64,000 bases of DNA, from contig CAWJRG010000009.1 of the NCBI GenBank assembly GCA_963845185.1, positions 224,001 through 288,000 on the forward strand, read 5' to 3'. The notes under the pieces are model-generated. The model saw only the letters and a program-made list of their open reading frames with translations. It ran no database searches and was not told where the DNA came from. Positions 60,711-64,000 of the stretch are shown here, one piece after another. Each line of letters begins with the position of its first letter. Positions within the stretch are counted from its first letter, which is position 1. The DNA comes from an uncultured bacterium. GTDB lineage: Bacteria > Oederibacteriota > PGYV01 > CAWJRG01. The position numbers and the translations under genes were made by a program.

Positions 60711-62798
60711 ATGGCTAACGGAGCCAAGGCAACAGGTTTTTTTGGATCAATGAGGCGTTCTATAGATGCATTAATTGCATTTTCTATTTTTATTATAGTA
60801 GTTATGATAGTAGTGCCAATACCACCGGCTTTTCTTGACCTCCTGCTCACTCTTAATATAGGCATGGCACTTACCATATTTCTTATTACAATGTATACAA
60901 TGGAGCCTTTACAGTTTTCGACTTTTCCATCTTTGCTTTTAATAACTACAGTTTTTAGGCTTGCTCTTAATATATCTGCCACCAGACTTGTCCTGGCCGA
61001 TGCATACGCAGGAGAGGTAATAAAGACTTTTGGCAATTTTGTTGTAGGATCGGCAAGTATATCAGGAATTGTAATCGGGTTGGTTATTTTTTCGATCATA
61101 ATAGTAGTACAGTTTGTTGTTATCACCTCGGGTGCGCAGCGAGTAGCTGAAGTAGCGGCAAGATTTACATTGGATGCTATGCCCGGGAAACAGATGGCAA
61201 TCGATGCCGATTTAAACGCTGGATTAATTAATGACGATGATGCAAGGAAAAGAAGGCGTGATATCGAAAGAGAAGCTGATTTTTACGGAGCCATGGATGG
61301 TGCTTCGAAATTCGTAAGGGGAGACGCTATTGCTGCCATTGTTATTGTTATAGTAAATATTGTTGCGGGTTTCTTTATCGGAATCATAGCAAAAGGAATG
61401 ACGCTTGGTGTAGCGGCAACCACATATACTATATTGACAATCGGCGAGGGGCTAGTTACGCAGATACCAGCTTTATTACTTTCTGTCGGAACAGGTATTA
61501 TAGTAACCCGTGCGGCTTCAGAGGCAAACCTCGGCGAGGATTTTGCGCAACAGTTGTTTTCACAACCCAGGGCAATAGGCATAGGCGGAGTAATACTTTT
61601 TATCATGGGACTTGTTTTCCCAACATGGCTTGTAAAGATTCCGTTCTTTTTCCTCGCGATAGTATGCTGGGCAATGGCTTATACTTTGAGTTTATCTATA
61701 AGGCGAGGAACAGCTGAGGTTACGGCAAAGAAGGAAAAAGAAGAGCAGGTAAAAAGAGAACCTGAAAATGTAATGCCTTTAATACAGGTGGACACAATGG
61801 AACTTGAAATAGGGTTTTCTCTTATTCCCCTTGTCGATCCGGCCCAAGGCGGAGACTTGCTTGATAGGGTAACAATGTTAAGGAGACAAGTGGCTATAGA
61901 TCTCGGGCTTGTTGTCCCGCCTATAAGGATAAGGGACAATATGCAACTTAACCCCAATGAATATGTTATTAAAATAAAAGGGTCAGAGGTAGGCAGGGGC
62001 AAAGTGGAAATAGGTTATTTCCTTGTAATGAAACCGGGAAGTATGGCGGAAGATATTGAAGGGATTGAAACACGGGATCCGGCATTTAATCTTCCTGCAA
62101 AATGGATAAAGGATGAAGAAAAGAAAACAGCGGAATTGAAGGGTTATACTGTTGTTGATGTACCGTCTGTTATTTCAACCCATCTCTCGGAAGTTATTAA
62201 AGCCAATGCTGATGAACTTTTAACAAGGACGGATGTCCAGAAATTGGTTGATGCCTTGAGACAGACAAATGCCGCTACAGTAGACGAACTAATACCGACT
62301 TCAATGACACTTGGCGAGGTTCAGAAAGTGCTTCAAAATTTGTTAAGGGAAAAAATATCCATCAGAGACTTGGTAACAATATTTGAGACCCTTGCTGATT
62401 ATGCAAAAACTACAAAAGATACCGACGTTTTAACTGAATTTGTAAGGCAGGCAATGGCCAGGTATTTTACCAATAAATATGCCAAAAATTCGATAATATA
62501 TGTAATTACAATAGAGCCCGAACTTGAACAAAAAATACTTGATTCTATCAAGCATACTGAAAAAATCAGCTATGCAGGCCTTGATCCAAGAACAATTCAA
62601 CAAATATATAATAGTACTATAAACGAATTTAAGAAAAACGTAGGGAAGGATTATGATGTAGTTGTGCTTTGTTCGCCGCTTATAAGAAGTTATTTCAGAA
62701 AAATTATAGAAAAAATTTTACCAAACATGGCTGTGCTTTCATACAATGAAATATTGCCGAAAGTTGAGGTCCGGTCGGCCGGGATGGTGAAGATTTAA
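60711..62798 (+). CDS. flhA: Flagellar export protein FlhA
   Basis: RVAEVAARFTLDAMPGKQMAIDADL and GAMDGASKFV motifs. Confidence 0.98.
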   Translation: MANGAKATGFFGSMRRSIDALIAFSIFIIVVMIVVPIPPAFLDLLLTLNIGMALTIFLITMYTMEPLQFSTFPSLLLITTVFRLALNISATRLVLADAYAGEVIKTFGNFVVGSASISGIVIGLVIFSIIIVVQFVVITSGAQRVAEVAARFTLDAMPGKQMAIDADLNAGLINDDDARKRRRDIEREADFYGAMDGASKFVRGDAIAAIVIVIVNIVAGFFIGIIAKGMTLGVAATTYTILTIGEGLVTQIPALLLSVGTGIIVTRAASEANLGEDFAQQLFSQPRAIGIGGVILFIMGLVFPTWLVKIPFFFLAIVCWAMAYTLSLSIRRGTAEVTAKKEKEEQVKREPENVMPLIQVDTMELEIGFSLIPLVDPAQGGDLLDRVTMLRRQVAIDLGLVVPPIRIRDNMQLNPNEYVIKIKGSEVGRGKVEIGYFLVMKPGSMAEDIEGIETRDPAFNLPAKWIKDEEKKTAELKGYTVVDVPSVISTHLSEVIKANADELLTRTDVQKLVDALRQTNAATVDELIPTSMTLGEVQKVLQNLLREKISIRDLVTIFETLADYAKTTKDTDVLTEFVRQAMARYFTNKYAKNSIIYVITIEPELEQKILDSIKHTEKISYAGLDPRTIQQIYNSTINEFKKNVGKDYDVVVLCSPLIRSYFRKIIEKILPNMAVLSYNEILPKVEVRSAGMVKI

Positions 62799-62801
62799 TA
62801 T

Positions 62802-64000
62802 ATGAGGATTAAAAAATTTGAAGGGGAAACGTTGCAGGGTGCGCTGGCTAAAGTTAAAAAGGATTTTGGTCCCGATGCGGTAATACTGCATACTAAAACA
62901 TATAAACGGGGTGGTTTATTTGGGCTTTTCGGAAGAAACGTGACTGAAGTAACCGCAGGCATCGATATAAACATTACTTCAAAAACTGCATCTTTGCAAA
63001 CAGCTACTGCGACAAAACCGCCTGTGGTTGAAATAGGGAAAGCTAATGCGAATATTAATGAACCAGAAAAAAATATTTTTTCATCATACCAAAGAGTCGA
63101 GGATATAAGTTTTAAAAATGAGTCACTTTTAAGGGAATTAAATGAGGGAAAAATATCTTTAAATACGGCATTCAGACCGGTCAAAGAAATAGGGACAAGT
63201 AATATCACCCTGAAAAATGGGTTAGGCCGATTACAGAAACTTTTGATAGAAAATGGTGTAGAAGAGAATCTTGTTTATAGGACACTGCAAAGCATAAATT
63301 CGCAACTTAATGAACAACAAATAAATACAAAAGGAGTGGCTGAACAATATCTTTTTGAATATGTGGCAAGCATGGTTAAAACTTCGGGACCGATAAAAAC
63401 CTCACCTGGCGCAGTTAAACTTATTACTTTTATAGGACCAACTGGTGTTGGGAAAACTACTACAATAGCAAAGCTTGCAGCAAAATATGCTTTAATAGAA
63501 AATAAAAAAGTAGTATTAATTAGCGCAGATACATACAGAATTGCAGCTGATTTACAGCTCAAAAAATATGGTGAAATAATGGGGATTCCGGTTGAGATAG
63601 TACTTACGCCTAATGATCTGCAAAAGGTAATCAATAAATATATAGATAAAGATTTTATTTTTTTAGATACGGCGGGAAGGAGCCCGCGCAACAAGAAGCA
63701 TCTTGTCGAACTTAAGGAATTCCTGGAAGTTTATTCACCTGTTGAAATACACCTGGTCATTAGCGCTGTAACTAAATATTATGATGCGCTTAGCATAATA
63801 AATAATTTTGGACTTGTCCCCATTCACAGGATATTATTTACCAAACTTGATGAAACTAAAAATTATGGCATTCTCTTAAATTTATCTGTAAGTTCAGGAG
63901 GAATACCGATTTCTTATATAACTATAGGACAAACTGTTCCGGACGATATTGAGGTAGCGGAACCGAAAGTACTTTCACGACTAATAATAAAAGGAGATTT
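62802..64000 (+). CDS. flhF: Flagellar SRP-family GTPase FlhF (runs off the window end; absent from the ORF track)
   Basis: ATG at 62802 gives MRIKKFEG; GPTGVGKTTTIAKLAA, DTYRIAA, DTAG and TKLDE in frame; no stop before 64000. Confidence 0.95.
   Translation, partial: MRIKKFEGETLQGALAKVKKDFGPDAVILHTKTYKRGGLFGLFGRNVTEVTAGIDINITSKTASLQTATATKPPVVEIGKANANINEPEKNIFSSYQRVEDISFKNESLLRELNEGKISLNTAFRPVKEIGTSNITLKNGLGRLQKLLIENGVEENLVYRTLQSINSQLNEQQINTKGVAEQYLFEYVASMVKTSGPIKTSPGAVKLITFIGPTGVGKTTTIAKLAAKYALIENKKVVLISADTYRIAADLQLKKYGEIMGIPVEIVLTPNDLQKVINKYIDKDFIFLDTAGRSPRNKKHLVELKEFLEVYSPVEIHLVISAVTKYYDALSIINNFGLVPIHRILFTKLDETKNYGILLNLSVSSGGIPISYITIGQTVPDDIEVAEPKVLSRLIIKGD

Noticed and set aside
1..64000. 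Numerous minus-strand and nested ORFs in the track
   Set aside because: They shadow well-supported + strand genes and show no recognisable motifs; only the HNH gene is accepted on the minus strand

Overview
AT-rich bacterial chromosomal segment with almost every gene on the + strand. Beta-barrel-like exported proteins suggest a diderm cell. Thr/Pro-rich secreted proteins hint at a poorly studied lineage such as Ca. Goldbacteria or relatives, but that assignment is tentative. Gene order: rpmI-rplT; GT-C/PA14 glycosyltransferase, GT2, flippase-like protein and cyclophilin; an accessory island (about 5.6-11.1 kb); a PyrR-attenuated pyrR-pyrB-pyrC-carA-carB-pyrK-pyrD operon bracketed by two GTAG-type REP palindromes; M23 peptidase; HNH nuclease (the only convincing minus-strand gene); a large NHL/Thr-linker surface protein with a T9SS-like C-terminal domain; XRE-cupin regulator and an acyl-CoA synthetase interrupted by an in-frame TAG; ctpA-like protease, tsaD, MgtC family, dusB, GH125, murA and an MCP; then a flagellar cluster from flgB to flhF (about 40.3 kb to the window end) with a frameshifted fliH and a long, repeat-expanded fliK. 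The island holds an MNT gene, a HEPN toxin truncated inside its catalytic motif, an Rhs core remnant missed by the ORF track with an unrecognised C-terminal domain, an exported TPR protein and orphan secreted beta-propeller modules separated by heptamer arrays. Several dispersed structured repeats and candidate cis-regulatory RNAs lie in the intergenic regions.
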